Positions 7,941 to 18,247 are shown, counted from the first letter of the stretch. The stretch is 64,000 nt of DNA from an uncultured Clostridiaceae bacterium (GCA_964371585.1 CAYJMD010000001.1:97709-161708), one strand, 5' to 3'. Made by a program: numbers and translations. Notes: generated by a model not told the origin, from the sequence alone.

Positions 7941-9458
7941 ATGAAAAAAGGAATAACACTTATAGTTTTAGTAATAACTATTGTAGTATTATTAATTTTG
8001 ACAGGAGTTGTAATAGGTAACTTAACCGGTTTTAATAGTGTACTTACAGATGCAAATAAAGCTGCTATTATGCAAACATATAGTGGTTTTAAAGAACTTG
8101 CAGTAACAAAAGCTATCGAAAGACAAGGAGAGATAATTCTTTCAAGAGAAAAAGAAACAGATTTAATGTATAATATTTATACTGGAGATAGTATTAAAGA
8201 TGTAATTCCTAATTTACCAGATGATTTAATTAATAAAATTGCAGTTGTGGGGAAACATATTGTATATATAGCAGATGAAATTACTGAAGAAACAAAAATT
8301 TTAGAAGAATTAGGCTATATTATTATTGAAGAAGATGATTTAGATTATGTAATTGAACTTCAAATGATAGAAAATGTAACAATACTTACAAATATATATA
8401 ATTATAATAAAATTGGAGGTCAGCTTTCTACAGATGAAAATCCAGAAGCAATATATATAGCAGGAATTGCATATGAATATGGATGGAGTATATTAGGTGA
8501 AAATAATAATATAATAAATGAACTGAACTCCTTAAATAAATTTGATATAACACCAGAAATTGAAAGTTATTTTAGTCATGGACCATATTTGGTAGATTAT
8601 AAAAAAGGGTATGTAATAAGTATAGAAGGAAAAGTTATTAATGAGACAATAGGAGATAAATTACTTAAACATACTTTTAATTATAATGGACAATCTCAAG
8701 GTTTAGTGACAGACGAACTTCTTACAGGTGTATTTCCAGATTCTGTAAAAAATGATACATATTGGGGAGAATTTACAAGTAATCCAACATCATCATTATT
8801 AAATAAAGAATATAATTATGTTACAGATAAGTATGGTAATATTGGTTTGAAATTAGATGATACAATAACAAGTGTATCACTTAATCAAAATATTAGAATT
8901 GATGAAGAATTTTCTATAAGTGTTCTTATTAGTGATTCAGCTGATGAACAAGGAAATACTTTTGCTGCAAGAGATTATTATGCAGATGGAATTGATAAGG
9001 TTGGAGGGACTATAGCAGCAATTTCTGATAGAATGGACTATTATATAGGCTGGCTTAGTATAGTAACTGATCCTGTTAAAGGTGATAAACTTAGAATTCA
9101 TGTATACAACTGGGTTGAAGATATAGAAGAAAATGGAAAACTTGGATTTTATAGCCTTGATATCAGTGAATATAATCAAAATTATATGCATATCCAACTT
9201 ACCTCTAGACGTAGTGGAGAAACTGTAGTATATATAAATGGTATCGAGAAAGCTAGATTTGAATCTGGTAGTTATGATTTAACATATAACGAGCTACATG
9301 TTGGAGCACTTAGACCTGGCACAGGATTTTTTAATTATAATGGAGTGATTCACTCAATTGGAATATATGGGGATATACTTAAGCCAGATGAAATTACTAG
9401 TAACTGGGAATATATAAAGAAAATATATCATTTAGATGATAATGGTATTCAAAATTAA
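7941..9458 (+). CDS. prepilin-like N-terminus / LamG-like C-terminal domain protein, paralogue 1
   Basis: MKKG|ITLIVLVITIVVLLIL is a class III signal-like layout without Glu at +5. The C-terminus LHVGALRPGTGFFNYNGVIHSIGIYGDILKPDEITSNW is typical of LamG/ConA-like domains. 505 aa. Confidence 0.6.
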   Translation: MKKGITLIVLVITIVVLLILTGVVIGNLTGFNSVLTDANKAAIMQTYSGFKELAVTKAIERQGEIILSREKETDLMYNIYTGDSIKDVIPNLPDDLINKIAVVGKHIVYIADEITEETKILEELGYIIIEEDDLDYVIELQMIENVTILTNIYNYNKIGGQLSTDENPEAIYIAGIAYEYGWSILGENNNIINELNSLNKFDITPEIESYFSHGPYLVDYKKGYVISIEGKVINETIGDKLLKHTFNYNGQSQGLVTDELLTGVFPDSVKNDTYWGEFTSNPTSSLLNKEYNYVTDKYGNIGLKLDDTITSVSLNQNIRIDEEFSISVLISDSADEQGNTFAARDYYADGIDKVGGTIAAISDRMDYYIGWLSIVTDPVKGDKLRIHVYNWVEDIEENGKLGFYSLDISEYNQNYMHIQLTSRRSGETVVYINGIEKARFESGSYDLTYNELHVGALRPGTGFFNYNGVIHSIGIYGDILKPDEITSNWEYIKKIYHLDDNGIQN

Positions 9459-9468
9459 AGGGGAAAAT

Positions 9469-10983
9469 ATGAAAAATAATAAAAAGGGGATATCTTTAAT
9501 AGTATTAATAATAACAATTGTAGTTTTACTTATAATAACAACCTCTGTTGTTTTGACACTGGTAAATAATAATATTATTAATGATGCAAGTAAAGCTGTT
9601 AGATTACAGCAGTTATCTACTATAAAAGAGGAGATAATTTTATATATGGGCAAAATACAAAGTGATAGTATGCTAAGTAAAGATAATGAAACATCACTTT
9701 CATATAATATTGTAACAAATGATGAAATTGATGATGTGGTAAGTTTTGTTCCTAGTGAATTAGTTAATAAAATTGCAATAGTTGGTAACAGAATGTTTTA
9801 TATAGATAATGAAGTTCCAGAAAATATAGAAGAAATAGAAAAAATGGGATATATATTTATAAAACCAGAAGATTTAGATTATGTAATAGAACTTCAGTTA
9901 ATAGAAAATATTGTTGAGTTATCAAATAGATATAATTATAATGAAATTGGTAAAAAATTAGGACAACCGGATATTGAATATATTGCTGGTATTGGGTATG
10001 GTAATCCATGGAATGTGGTAGGTAAAGGAGATAGCACAGGGATAAATTCTAATATAATTTCAGAGATTGAAACATTAAATAGATTTGTGCTTACTGAAGA
10101 AGAAAAATCATATTTTACTCATAGTCCATATATTGTAAATTATAGTAATGGAGCTGTACTAAGTATAAAAGGAAAAGTTATAAATGAAGGGACTACAAAA
10201 GAAATTTGGACGACTTCATTTAATTATAAAATTGGAACTAGTGGATTTATAACAGATAATCTACTTTCAGCTGTTATTGATGCATCTTTAAAAGAAGAAT
10301 ATGATTATGGTGAATTTGAATTTAGTACTACAGGTAGTTCTTCTTTAAACTTTGATTATGAAGAAGATAAATATGGTAATAAGGCATTAGTTTTAGGAGA
10401 AGCGGTAGCTACATTACAAATTGATCAAAGTATCAAAATTAATCAACAATATACAATTAGTATTTTGATTAATGGTACTACAAATCAAAAAAATAATGAT
10501 GGTTATTTAGGTACGGATTATAAAGATGGATCTGAAGGGTATAATAAAACAGCTAATACAATAATTGCTGTATCTGATGTAGCTAATAATTATGTGGCAT
10601 GGGTAGGAATTATGACAAATAGATTACGAATACATTCATTTGCTACATTAACAGATTTAACCCCTGAAAGAGGTCACTTAAATATAGATGTTAGTGAGTA
10701 TGACAATAAATTTATGCATATACAAATTGTAGCTAAAAAAAGTTCAGAATCATATGTGTATATAAATGGACAACTAAAAGGCACATATACTGGTGGAATT
10801 TCAAATGCTACATATAAATCAGTAACACTTGGAGATTTAAGACCTGGAAGAGGAGTTAAATATCAAGGTAATCTTTTTGATGTAGCTATATATGGAGAAC
10901 TTTTAACAGAAGAACAGATTCAAAGCAATTGGGATTATGTAAAAGGAAAATATAATTTAAATGACGATGGTAGTCAAAATTAA
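9469..10983 (+). CDS. prepilin-like N-terminus / LamG-like C-terminal domain protein, paralogue 2
   Basis: AAAGGGGA RBS, ATG 9469 (the ORF-track start 9436 overlaps the upstream gene). MKNNKKG|ISLIVLIITIVVLLII. C-terminus LGDLRPGRGVKYQGNLFDVAIYGELLTEEQIQSNW. Confidence 0.6.
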   Translation: MKNNKKGISLIVLIITIVVLLIITTSVVLTLVNNNIINDASKAVRLQQLSTIKEEIILYMGKIQSDSMLSKDNETSLSYNIVTNDEIDDVVSFVPSELVNKIAIVGNRMFYIDNEVPENIEEIEKMGYIFIKPEDLDYVIELQLIENIVELSNRYNYNEIGKKLGQPDIEYIAGIGYGNPWNVVGKGDSTGINSNIISEIETLNRFVLTEEEKSYFTHSPYIVNYSNGAVLSIKGKVINEGTTKEIWTTSFNYKIGTSGFITDNLLSAVIDASLKEEYDYGEFEFSTTGSSSLNFDYEEDKYGNKALVLGEAVATLQIDQSIKINQQYTISILINGTTNQKNNDGYLGTDYKDGSEGYNKTANTIIAVSDVANNYVAWVGIMTNRLRIHSFATLTDLTPERGHLNIDVSEYDNKFMHIQIVAKKSSESYVYINGQLKGTYTGGISNATYKSVTLGDLRPGRGVKYQGNLFDVAIYGELLTEEQIQSNWDYVKGKYNLNDDGSQN

Positions 10984-11007
10984 TATATAAAAATAGGAGA
11001 ATTGAGA

Positions 11008-12537
11008 ATGAAAAAAAGAGGTATATCTTTGATTATATTGATAATAACAATAATAGTATTGCTTATAATCACTACAACAGTTATATTAACATTAATAAAT
11101 AATAATATTATAGATGATGCAAACAGAGCAGTTAATCTACAAGAATTAACTACTTTTAAAGAGGAACTTGACGTATACATTGTTCAAAAACAAATAGATA
11201 ATGCATTAAGCACAACTAAAGAAACATCGTTGTCATATAATATTATAACAGGAGAAGAAGTGAAAAATGTAGTGACTTCTGTTCCAGATGAATTAATAGG
11301 AAAAGTTGGGATTGTAGGTAACAAGGTATTTTATTTAGCAGATGAAGTACCTTCAAATATGGAAGAATTAGAAAAAATGGGATATGATTTTTTAAAACCT
11401 GAAGATTTAGAATATGCTATTGAGCTTCAATTAATAGAAAATGTAGTTGAATTATCAAATAGATATAGTTATGTTGAAATAGGTAAAAAATTAGGTCAAT
11501 CTGATATAGCATTTGGAGAACCAAGTATTGAATACATAGCAGGTATAGGTTATGGTAGATCATGGACTTTACTTGGTGAAGATGATAGTGAAGGATTAAA
11601 TACAAATGTTGTTAATTCTATAGAGTCACTAGATAGGTTTATACTAACTGAAGAAGAAAAGTCATATTTTAAACATAGTCCTTATGTTATTAATTATACA
11701 AGTGGAGCAGTTTTAAGTATAAAAGGTGAAGTTATAAATGCAAATACATCCAAAGAAATATGGACACCTTCATTTAATTATTTAGCTGGATCTAGCGGAT
11801 TTGTTACTGATAGTTTACTTAGTGGAGTTATAGATGCATCACTAAAAGATGACTATAACTATGGAGAGTTTAAATTTAATACTACAGGGAGTTCATCTTC
11901 TAATTTTGATTATGAAGAAGATAAATATGGAAATGTAGGTTTAGAGCTTGGAGAATCAGTAGGTACATTAGAAATAGATCAAAGTATAAAAATTAATGAA
12001 CGATATACTATTTCATTATTAATAAAAGGTCCAACAAATCAAATAAGTAAAGATATTTACGCTGGACCTAATCATAATGATGGTTCGCCTGGTGCAAGAG
12101 ATAATGCAAATACTATAATTGCTGTTTCTGATGTTGAAAATAGTTATATAGCATGGATTGGTATTATAACAAACAGACTTAGAATACAGTCATTTAATAG
12201 AGTAACAGATTTACATCCAAGTAAAGGTTATTTAAATATAGATGTTAGTGAGTATGATAATAAATACATGTATATTCAAGTAGTTGCCGAAAGAGGTGAG
12301 GAAAGCAAATTATATATAAATGGTGTGCTTAAAGGAACATATACTGGTGGAACTGTAAATGGTACATACAAATCAGTTACAATTGGAGATTTAAGACCAG
12401 GAAGAGGAATTAAATATGAAGGTAATATTTATGATATAGCAATTTATGGGGAATATTTAACAGAAGAACAGTTACAATCTAATTGGCAATATGTTAAAGA
12501 ACAATATAATTTAAATGATGATGGAAGTCAAAATTAA
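11008..12537 (+). CDS. prepilin-like N-terminus / LamG-like C-terminal domain protein, paralogue 3
   Basis: AGGAGA RBS (10995-11000), ATG 11008. MKKRG|ISLIILIITIIVLLII. C-terminus IGDLRPGRGIKYEGNIYDIAIYGEYLTEEQLQSNW. About two-thirds identical to paralogue 2 by eye. Confidence 0.6.
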   Translation: MKKRGISLIILIITIIVLLIITTTVILTLINNNIIDDANRAVNLQELTTFKEELDVYIVQKQIDNALSTTKETSLSYNIITGEEVKNVVTSVPDELIGKVGIVGNKVFYLADEVPSNMEELEKMGYDFLKPEDLEYAIELQLIENVVELSNRYSYVEIGKKLGQSDIAFGEPSIEYIAGIGYGRSWTLLGEDDSEGLNTNVVNSIESLDRFILTEEEKSYFKHSPYVINYTSGAVLSIKGEVINANTSKEIWTPSFNYLAGSSGFVTDSLLSGVIDASLKDDYNYGEFKFNTTGSSSSNFDYEEDKYGNVGLELGESVGTLEIDQSIKINERYTISLLIKGPTNQISKDIYAGPNHNDGSPGARDNANTIIAVSDVENSYIAWIGIITNRLRIQSFNRVTDLHPSKGYLNIDVSEYDNKYMYIQVVAERGEESKLYINGVLKGTYTGGTVNGTYKSVTIGDLRPGRGIKYEGNIYDIAIYGEYLTEEQLQSNWQYVKEQYNLNDDGSQN

Positions 12538-12671
12538 TAATAGATAAATAATAAGGTGCTAGTTATATAATAATTAGCACCTTATTATAGTATACAGTTG
12601 AAATAATAGTAATAAAATGTTATAATATTTGTTGTACAAATAAATATATATACTAATAAGGAGGAAGTTTA

Positions 12672-13679
12672 ATGAGTAAAATATTAGTAACAGGTGGAGC
12701 TGGATATATAGGTTCACATACTGTAGTAGAGTTATTAAACATTAATAAAGAAGTAGTGGTATTAGATGATTTTTCTAATAGTAATCCAGAAGTTTTAAAT
12801 AGTATAAAAACTATAACTGGTAAAGATTTTAAATTCTATGAAGGTGATATGAATGATTCGTCTATATTAGAAAAAATATTTACTGAAAATGAAATAGCAA
12901 GTGTTATAGATTTTGCAGCATATAAAGCAGTAGGTGAGTCTGTTGCTATGCCAATAGAGTACTATACAAATAATGTAGCTAGTGTACTTACACTTTTAAA
13001 AGTTATGAAAAAATACGACTGTAAAAAAATAGTATTTAGTTCAAGTGCTACTGTGTACGGAGATCCTAAAATTCTACCAATAACAGAATCTTCTGAAACA
13101 GGAGCTACTACTAATCCATATGGAGCATCAAAACATATGGTGGAATGCATATTAAAAGATTTATATATTTCTGATAATACATGGAATATAGGTATACTTA
13201 GATACTTTAATCCTATAGGTGCTCATAGTTCAGGATTAATTGGAGAAGTTCCAAATGGAGTTCCAGCAAACTTACTTCCGTATGTAGCTCAAGTTGCAAG
13301 TGGTAAAAGAGAATTCTTATCTGTATTTGGTAATGACTATAATACTAAAGATGGTACAGGAGTTAGAGATTATATTCATGTAGTTGATTTAGCAATAGGA
13401 CATTTAAAATTAATTGATAAATTAGATGAAAATAATAATGAACTGTATATCTATAATTTAGGAACGGGAACAGGATATAGTGTTCTTGAAATTGTTGAAG
13501 CTTTTGAAAGAGTTAACTCAGTTAAAGTTCCATATAAAATAATGCCAAGAAGAGCAGGAGATATAGCTACTTGTTATGCTGCTACAGATAAAGCATATAA
13601 TGAACTTGGATTTAAAACAACTAAAAATTTAGAAGACATGTGTAGAGATATGTGGAATTTTGAAAAAAACATGAAATAA
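12672..13679 (+). CDS. galE: UDP-glucose 4-epimerase
   Basis: ILVTGGAGYIGSH Rossmann motif, YGASK catalytic YxxxK, 335 aa, end-to-end GalE-like. Confidence 0.92.
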   Translation: MSKILVTGGAGYIGSHTVVELLNINKEVVVLDDFSNSNPEVLNSIKTITGKDFKFYEGDMNDSSILEKIFTENEIASVIDFAAYKAVGESVAMPIEYYTNNVASVLTLLKVMKKYDCKKIVFSSSATVYGDPKILPITESSETGATTNPYGASKHMVECILKDLYISDNTWNIGILRYFNPIGAHSSGLIGEVPNGVPANLLPYVAQVASGKREFLSVFGNDYNTKDGTGVRDYIHVVDLAIGHLKLIDKLDENNNELYIYNLGTGTGYSVLEIVEAFERVNSVKVPYKIMPRRAGDIATCYAATDKAYNELGFKTTKNLEDMCRDMWNFEKNMK

Positions 13680-13801
13680 TAATAAAGACTTTAAGTATAA
13701 TATTATACTTAAGGTCTTATTTTATTAAATAATTATTTTTAATTGCAAAAAATGACAATATAGTATATAATTGTTATTGTAGAGAAAGAGTGATATAAGA
13801 T

Positions 13802-14914
13802 ATGAATAAAAAAATAATTATATTAGTAGTAATATTGTTAATAATAGTAGTAGCATCAGGTATTGGAGTTTATTTTTATTTAAATAATAATAATAATGTA
13901 AATAATGATGTGGATGATACTTTAAATCAAGGCGTTTTACCGGAACTTCCTAAAGAACCAGAAATAAAACCTGGTGATTATGTTGAATCTAAAATGAAAG
14001 AAAATTTGACAGACGAAAGAGCGGTAGCTGTTGTGGTTGAAAATCATGTTGATGCAAGACCTCAAAGTGGACTTTCTGAAGCATATATGGTTTACGAATT
14101 TGTTGTAGAAGGCGGAATAACTAGATATTTAGCTATCTATAGAGATAGTGATGCAAGTAAAATTGGGCCTATAAGAAGTGCAAGGCATCATTTCTTTGAT
14201 TATATTTTCGAAAATGATGCAACATTTGTACATTTTGGAGGAAGTACAAAAGCATATGCAGATTTAAATACATATAATATATCAAATATGGATGGTATGG
14301 CGTTAGATGGAATAAGATTCTATAGAGACAATTCACGTTATGCTCCACATAATGCATATACAAATATGACAGAAATAACTGAGTATATGGATAGATATAG
14401 AACTACAAGTGATGATGAAGGCGTATTTAAATTTTCATCAAATGAGGTTGTTTTAAAAGATTCTGATTTAGCTGAAAAAATTAAAATAGAATATCCAAAT
14501 GAAGATGTTATATATGAGTATGATGAAGAAAATAAAGTATATAACAGATTTATAGATGAATATATAGACACAGATAGAGAAACTTCAAAACAAATAACTG
14601 TTAAAAACATTGTTGTTCAACAAGTTGAGTATTCAACTTTAACAGGTGTATATGCTGGTAAAGGTGTTATGGAAACAGATAGAATAGGTACAGGAAAAGG
14701 TTATTATATAACTGAAGGTAATATGATAGAAATAACTTGGGAGAAAATAAGTATGGAAAGTAATACTGTTTATAAAGATTTAGAGGGTAATGAAATAATA
14801 CTAAATGACGGTAATACATATATTCAAATGCAACCAGATGATTTAGATGTTACTAACCTAACAGTTATACCAGAAGATAATACAGTAACAACAGATAGTG
14901 AAAAAGTAGAATAA
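13802..14914 (+). CDS. DUF3048 (YerB-like) membrane-anchored protein
   Basis: N-terminal TM helix. AVVVENHVDARPQSGLSEAYMVYEFVVEGGITRYLAIY is the characteristic DUF3048 core. Confidence 0.7.
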   Translation: MNKKIIILVVILLIIVVASGIGVYFYLNNNNNVNNDVDDTLNQGVLPELPKEPEIKPGDYVESKMKENLTDERAVAVVVENHVDARPQSGLSEAYMVYEFVVEGGITRYLAIYRDSDASKIGPIRSARHHFFDYIFENDATFVHFGGSTKAYADLNTYNISNMDGMALDGIRFYRDNSRYAPHNAYTNMTEITEYMDRYRTTSDDEGVFKFSSNEVVLKDSDLAEKIKIEYPNEDVIYEYDEENKVYNRFIDEYIDTDRETSKQITVKNIVVQQVEYSTLTGVYAGKGVMETDRIGTGKGYYITEGNMIEITWEKISMESNTVYKDLEGNEIILNDGNTYIQMQPDDLDVTNLTVIPEDNTVTTDSEKVE

Positions 14915-14974
14915 ATAATATAAAAAATGTATAAAAATACCATACTTGTTAAGAGTATATATAGGGTGATTGTA

Positions 14975-15544
14975 ATGACAGTTAAATCTTATAGAATACT
15001 TTTAGTGAGTATGGTCCTTTTGCTATTAGGAATAGGTATTATCTATGGAATTAATATAACAAAAGATAGTAGTTTAGTAAAAAAAGATGTAGAAGATAAT
15101 ATAATTAAAGAAGATATAGATATGGTGTATGAACAAAAAATAGATGAAACTTTAGTTAAATATGAAGAGGATTTTAAAGTTATATTACAAAGAAATTATA
15201 CACTTTGTTCTCATGTACTACAAGAAGAAAAAATGGAATTTAATACAAGTAGTGATTTAATAAAAGAAAAGTATAAAGAATATAGTTTTGTGGAGCAAAC
15301 TGATGAGTATATAAAGTTTGAAGCAACTATTAATTCAAATTGTCCAAATCATTTCTTACTTAAAATATTAAATGAACATATAGTTATATATCAAGTGGTA
15401 AGTGATGAAGAATTATTACTACATAAAAATACAGAAATACACATAAATAGAATTCGTGAAGAATTATTACAAGAATTAAATAAGGGTATTTATGTAAATA
15501 GTATTGATGAGCTTAATAGTATAATAGAGGATATGGAAACATAA
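14975..15544 (+). CDS. hypothetical membrane-anchored protein
   Basis: AGGGTGA RBS precedes ATG 14975. One N-terminal TM helix (ILLVSMVLLLLGIGIIYGI). A faint BofC-like pattern (HFLLKILNEHIVIYQV) is not secure. Confidence 0.45.
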   Translation: MTVKSYRILLVSMVLLLLGIGIIYGINITKDSSLVKKDVEDNIIKEDIDMVYEQKIDETLVKYEEDFKVILQRNYTLCSHVLQEEKMEFNTSSDLIKEKYKEYSFVEQTDEYIKFEATINSNCPNHFLLKILNEHIVIYQVVSDEELLLHKNTEIHINRIREELLQELNKGIYVNSIDELNSIIEDMET

Positions 15545-15590
15545 GGCTTTAACTCTAGAAACATGAGTATAAAAAAATAGTGAAAATTAC

Positions 15591-15619
15591 TTGAAAAAAA
15601 TAATTAAATAGTGTATAAT
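15591..15619 (+). promoter_or_regulatory. sigma-A type promoter of the SRP RNA
   Basis: TTGAAA (15591-15596), a 17-nt spacer, then TATAAT (15614-15619). Confidence 0.6.
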
Positions 15620-15625
15620 ATTAAC

Positions 15626-15710
15626 GTGCCAAACAATAGGTCTTCTAGGAACCTTGTCAGATCCGGAAGGAAGCAGCAATAACTTGCAAGTACTATGTGT
15701 TTGGTACATT
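15626..15710 (+). ncRNA. ffs: signal recognition particle RNA, small (4.5S-like) form
   Basis: Contains the conserved domain IV sequence GUCAGAUCCGGAAGGAAGCAGC with a GGAA tetraloop. The terminal helix GUGCCAAACA pairs with UGUUUGGUAC. Followed by AUUUUU. The position just upstream of dnaX matches B. subtilis scr-dnaX. Confidence 0.75.
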
Positions 15711-15731
15711 TTTAATATATGGGTGGTAATA

Positions 15732-17282
15732 ATGAGTTATGTAGCATTATATAGAAAATATAGACCAGTTGATTTTTCTAGTATAAGTGGACAAGAAAAT
15801 GTAGTTAATATACTAAAAAAACAAGTTGAAAATTTAAAAATATCACATGCGTATATTTTTAGTGGGACAAGAGGTACAGGTAAAACTTCTGCTGCTAAAA
15901 TTTTTGCAAGAGCAATAAATTGTTTAGATCCGCAAAACGGTGAACCTTGTAATAAATGTAAAGCTTGTATAAGTATTTTAGATGGAGAATCTACAGATGT
16001 AGTTGAAATGGACGCTGCGTCAAATAATAGTGTAGAAAATATAAGACAAATACGAACAGAAGTTATGTATGTAGCAACTAATGTTAAATATAGAGTGTAT
16101 ATAATCGATGAAGTACATATGCTTACAACATCAGCATTTAACGCACTTTTAAAAACTTTAGAAGAACCACCAGAAAATGTTGTGTTTATACTTGCTACAA
16201 CAGAGCAACATAAAATACCAGTTACCATATTATCACGTTGTTTAAGATTTGAATTTTCAAAGATTACAGCAGAAGATATAAAAGAGAGACTTAAGTTTGT
16301 TCTTGGTAGTGAAAATATAACCTATGAAGAGGAAGCTTTAGAATATATAGCTAAAAAGGCAGATGGAGCACTTAGAGATGCTCTTAGCATACTTGATAGA
16401 TGTTTATCAGAAGATAATCAAAGTTTATCACTTAAAGTTGTTGAATCAATAACAGGAAGTATTGATAGAGATATTATAATAAATATCACACAAGCACTTG
16501 TTAAAAATTCTGTTAAAGACGTACTATCTAATTTAGAAATATTAGAAAAAAAATCAAAAGATTTAAGACAATTAGTATATGAAATTATGGAACAGGTTTT
16601 AGATATATTAATTAGTGCTAAAGATGATGATAGTAATGTAGAATTATATAGTAATATAATTTCTGAACTTTCAAAATTAGATACAGAAATAAGAATGTCT
16701 ACTAAACCGAATGTTATAGTTAAATCAGCACTTATAAGAATTGCAAATTTAAAGAAAATAGATATAGATGAAAATATAAATTCTACTGCAAGTAATAATT
16801 ATTCTAATATTGATATAGAAAGAATAAATACTTTAGAATCAAAAATAGAAAAATTAGAAGCTAGTGTGGGTAATAAAAATATTACTATACAAAATAATAT
16901 AAAAAATAATAGTGATGATGATACTAATGAAAATACAAATTTAAAACCTAATGTAAAAAAAGAAGTGTCAAGTACTTCAAAAATTTTTGATATAAATAAT
17001 TTTAAAAAAATATTACCTACTATGGGCAAATTAAAGTTATTTTCTTCACTTAGCTCAGCTAGCATTGAAGTTTTAGATGATAAAGTGAAAGTATATACAA
17101 CAAATAGTTTTGCGTATAAAGTACTTACTTTAGAAGAGCAAAGACAAGATATAGCAATGGTACTTAATAAACATTTTGGTATAAATTTACCGGTTGTAAT
17201 TGAATTAAAACAAGAAAATAATGTATCAAAAATGGAAAAAGTACTTAAGGATAATAACATAGAATATACTGATATAGATTAA
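15732..17282 (+). CDS. dnaX: DNA polymerase III subunit gamma/tau
   Basis: [21 protein letters not shown], Walker [10 protein letters not shown], zinc module CNKCKAC, Walker [12 protein letters not shown] motif (ILSRC). The ORF-track start 15654 lies inside the SRP RNA and is rejected. Confidence 0.93.
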   Translation: MSYVALYRKYRPVDFSSISGQENVVNILKKQVENLKISHAYIFSGTRGTGKTSAAKIFARAINCLDPQNGEPCNKCKACISILDGESTDVVEMDAASNNSVENIRQIRTEVMYVATNVKYRVYIIDEVHMLTTSAFNALLKTLEEPPENVVFILATTEQHKIPVTILSRCLRFEFSKITAEDIKERLKFVLGSENITYEEEALEYIAKKADGALRDALSILDRCLSEDNQSLSLKVVESITGSIDRDIIINITQALVKNSVKDVLSNLEILEKKSKDLRQLVYEIMEQVLDILISAKDDDSNVELYSNIISELSKLDTEIRMSTKPNVIVKSALIRIANLKKIDIDENINSTASNNYSNIDIERINTLESKIEKLEASVGNKNITIQNNIKNNSDDDTNENTNLKPNVKKEVSSTSKIFDINNFKKILPTMGKLKLFSSLSSASIEVLDDKVKVYTTNSFAYKVLTLEEQRQDIAMVLNKHFGINLPVVIELKQENNVSKMEKVLKDNNIEYTDID

Positions 17283-17299
17283 AGGAAGGATTGATTATA

Positions 17300-17632
17300 A
17301 TGGCAAAATTTAATGGATTTGGCGGAGGCGGCATGGGTAACATGCAAAACTTAATGAAACAAGCTCAAAAAATGCAAGCAGAACTTGTTCAAAAACAAAA
17401 TGAAGTAGGACAAAGAGAATTTGAAGCTTCAGCTGGAGGCGGAGCAGTAATAGCTAAATGCTCTGGTGATAAAGTGGTAAAAGAAATAATAATAAAACAA
17501 GAAGTTGTAGATCCTTCTGATGTTGAGATGTTACAAGATTTAGTAAAATCTGCTGTAAATGAAGCTTTATCAAAAGCAGAATCTGCAATGCAAGATGGAC
17601 TAGGTTCTTTTAATATACCAGGAATAATGTAA
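17300..17632 (+). CDS. ybaB: YbaB/EbfC family nucleoid-associated protein
   Basis: [17 protein letters not shown]...[10 protein letters not shown]. Conserved dnaX-ybaB-recR order. Confidence 0.9.
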   Translation: MAKFNGFGGGGMGNMQNLMKQAQKMQAELVQKQNEVGQREFEASAGGGAVIAKCSGDKVVKEIIIKQEVVDPSDVEMLQDLVKSAVNEALSKAESAMQDGLGSFNIPGIM

Positions 17633-17648
17633 GGTTAAGGTAAATTTT

Positions 17649-18242
17649 ATGAATTCAGACATAATTAATAGACTTGTTAAAGAATTTGAAAAATTACCAG
17701 GCATAGGACACAAAACTGCAGTTAGACTTGCTTTTTATATTTTAGAATCTGATATAGAGGTTGCAAATAAAATGGCTAATACTCTTATTGAAGCTAAAGA
17801 AAAAGTAAAACTATGTAGTACATGCTTTAATATAACAGAAGCAGATCCTTGTGAAATATGTTCAAATAAAAAACGTGATGAAGAACTTATATGTGTTGTA
17901 GAAAGTGTTAAAGATGTTATTGCTATGGAAAAAACACATGAATTTAAAGGTATGTATCATGTATTACATGGAAGTATATCGCCTATGAATAATATTACAG
18001 CTGGTGATATAAAAGTAAAAGAATTACTAGAAAGATTAAAAACTGTAGATGTAAAAGAAATTATACTTGCAACTAATCCTACTATAGAAGGAGAAACAAC
18101 TGCAATGTATATTTCAAGATTAGTTAAACCACTTGGAATAAAAGTGAGTAGAATAGCTCATGGTATTCCTGTAGGTGGAGATATAGAATATACTGATGAA
18201 ATAACTTTAATAAAAGCTATGGAAGGTAGAATAGAAATGTAA
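17649..18242 (+). CDS. recR: recombination protein RecR
   Basis: LPGIGHKTAVRLAFY helix-hairpin-helix, C4 zinc finger CSTCFNIT..CEIC, Toprim region. Confidence 0.95.
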   Translation: MNSDIINRLVKEFEKLPGIGHKTAVRLAFYILESDIEVANKMANTLIEAKEKVKLCSTCFNITEADPCEICSNKKRDEELICVVESVKDVIAMEKTHEFKGMYHVLHGSISPMNNITAGDIKVKELLERLKTVDVKEIILATNPTIEGETTAMYISRLVKPLGIKVSRIAHGIPVGGDIEYTDEITLIKAMEGRIEM

Positions 18243-18247
18243 AAAAT

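Noticed and set aside
15654-15731. N-terminal extensions proposed by the ORF track: dnaX from 15654, helicase from 23374, tdk from 27286, queA from 29204, murG from 40614, ftsQ from 41710, ybaB from 17291, erm-like from 500, and paralogues from 9436 and 11002.
   Set aside because: The extensions overlap upstream genes or the SRP RNA and lack RBSs. The internal ATGs sit behind good Shine-Dalgarno sequences and give the conserved family N-termini.
15737-16228. 163-aa antisense ORF inside dnaX. Similar shadow ORFs are 212-412, 418-735, 1118-1348, 1355-1582, 4280-4630, 4895-5158, 5812-6150, 8937-9197, 16799-17260, 26292-26561, 26702-27031, 30317-30853, 35998-36431, 37546-37815, 38694-39017, 40610-40885, 41815-42014, 42854-43099, 45944-46192, 47479-47718, 49952-50284, 55733-55996, 57283-57555 and 58647-58904.
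   Set aside because: All lie opposite or out of frame within ORFs that carry strong family motifs. They have no RBS and low-complexity, Ile/Ser/Phe-rich translations typical of antisense frames in AT-rich DNA.
16546-16553. A8 run in dnaX (and an A7 run at 17004-17010) considered as programmed frameshift or transcriptional-slippage sites producing a short gamma subunit.
   Set aside because: Both alternative frames do stop within 3-14 codons, as in known cases. However, the first site would truncate inside domain III, poly-A runs are ubiquitous in this AT-rich genome, and no downstream stimulatory structure was seen. This is not supportable from sequence alone.
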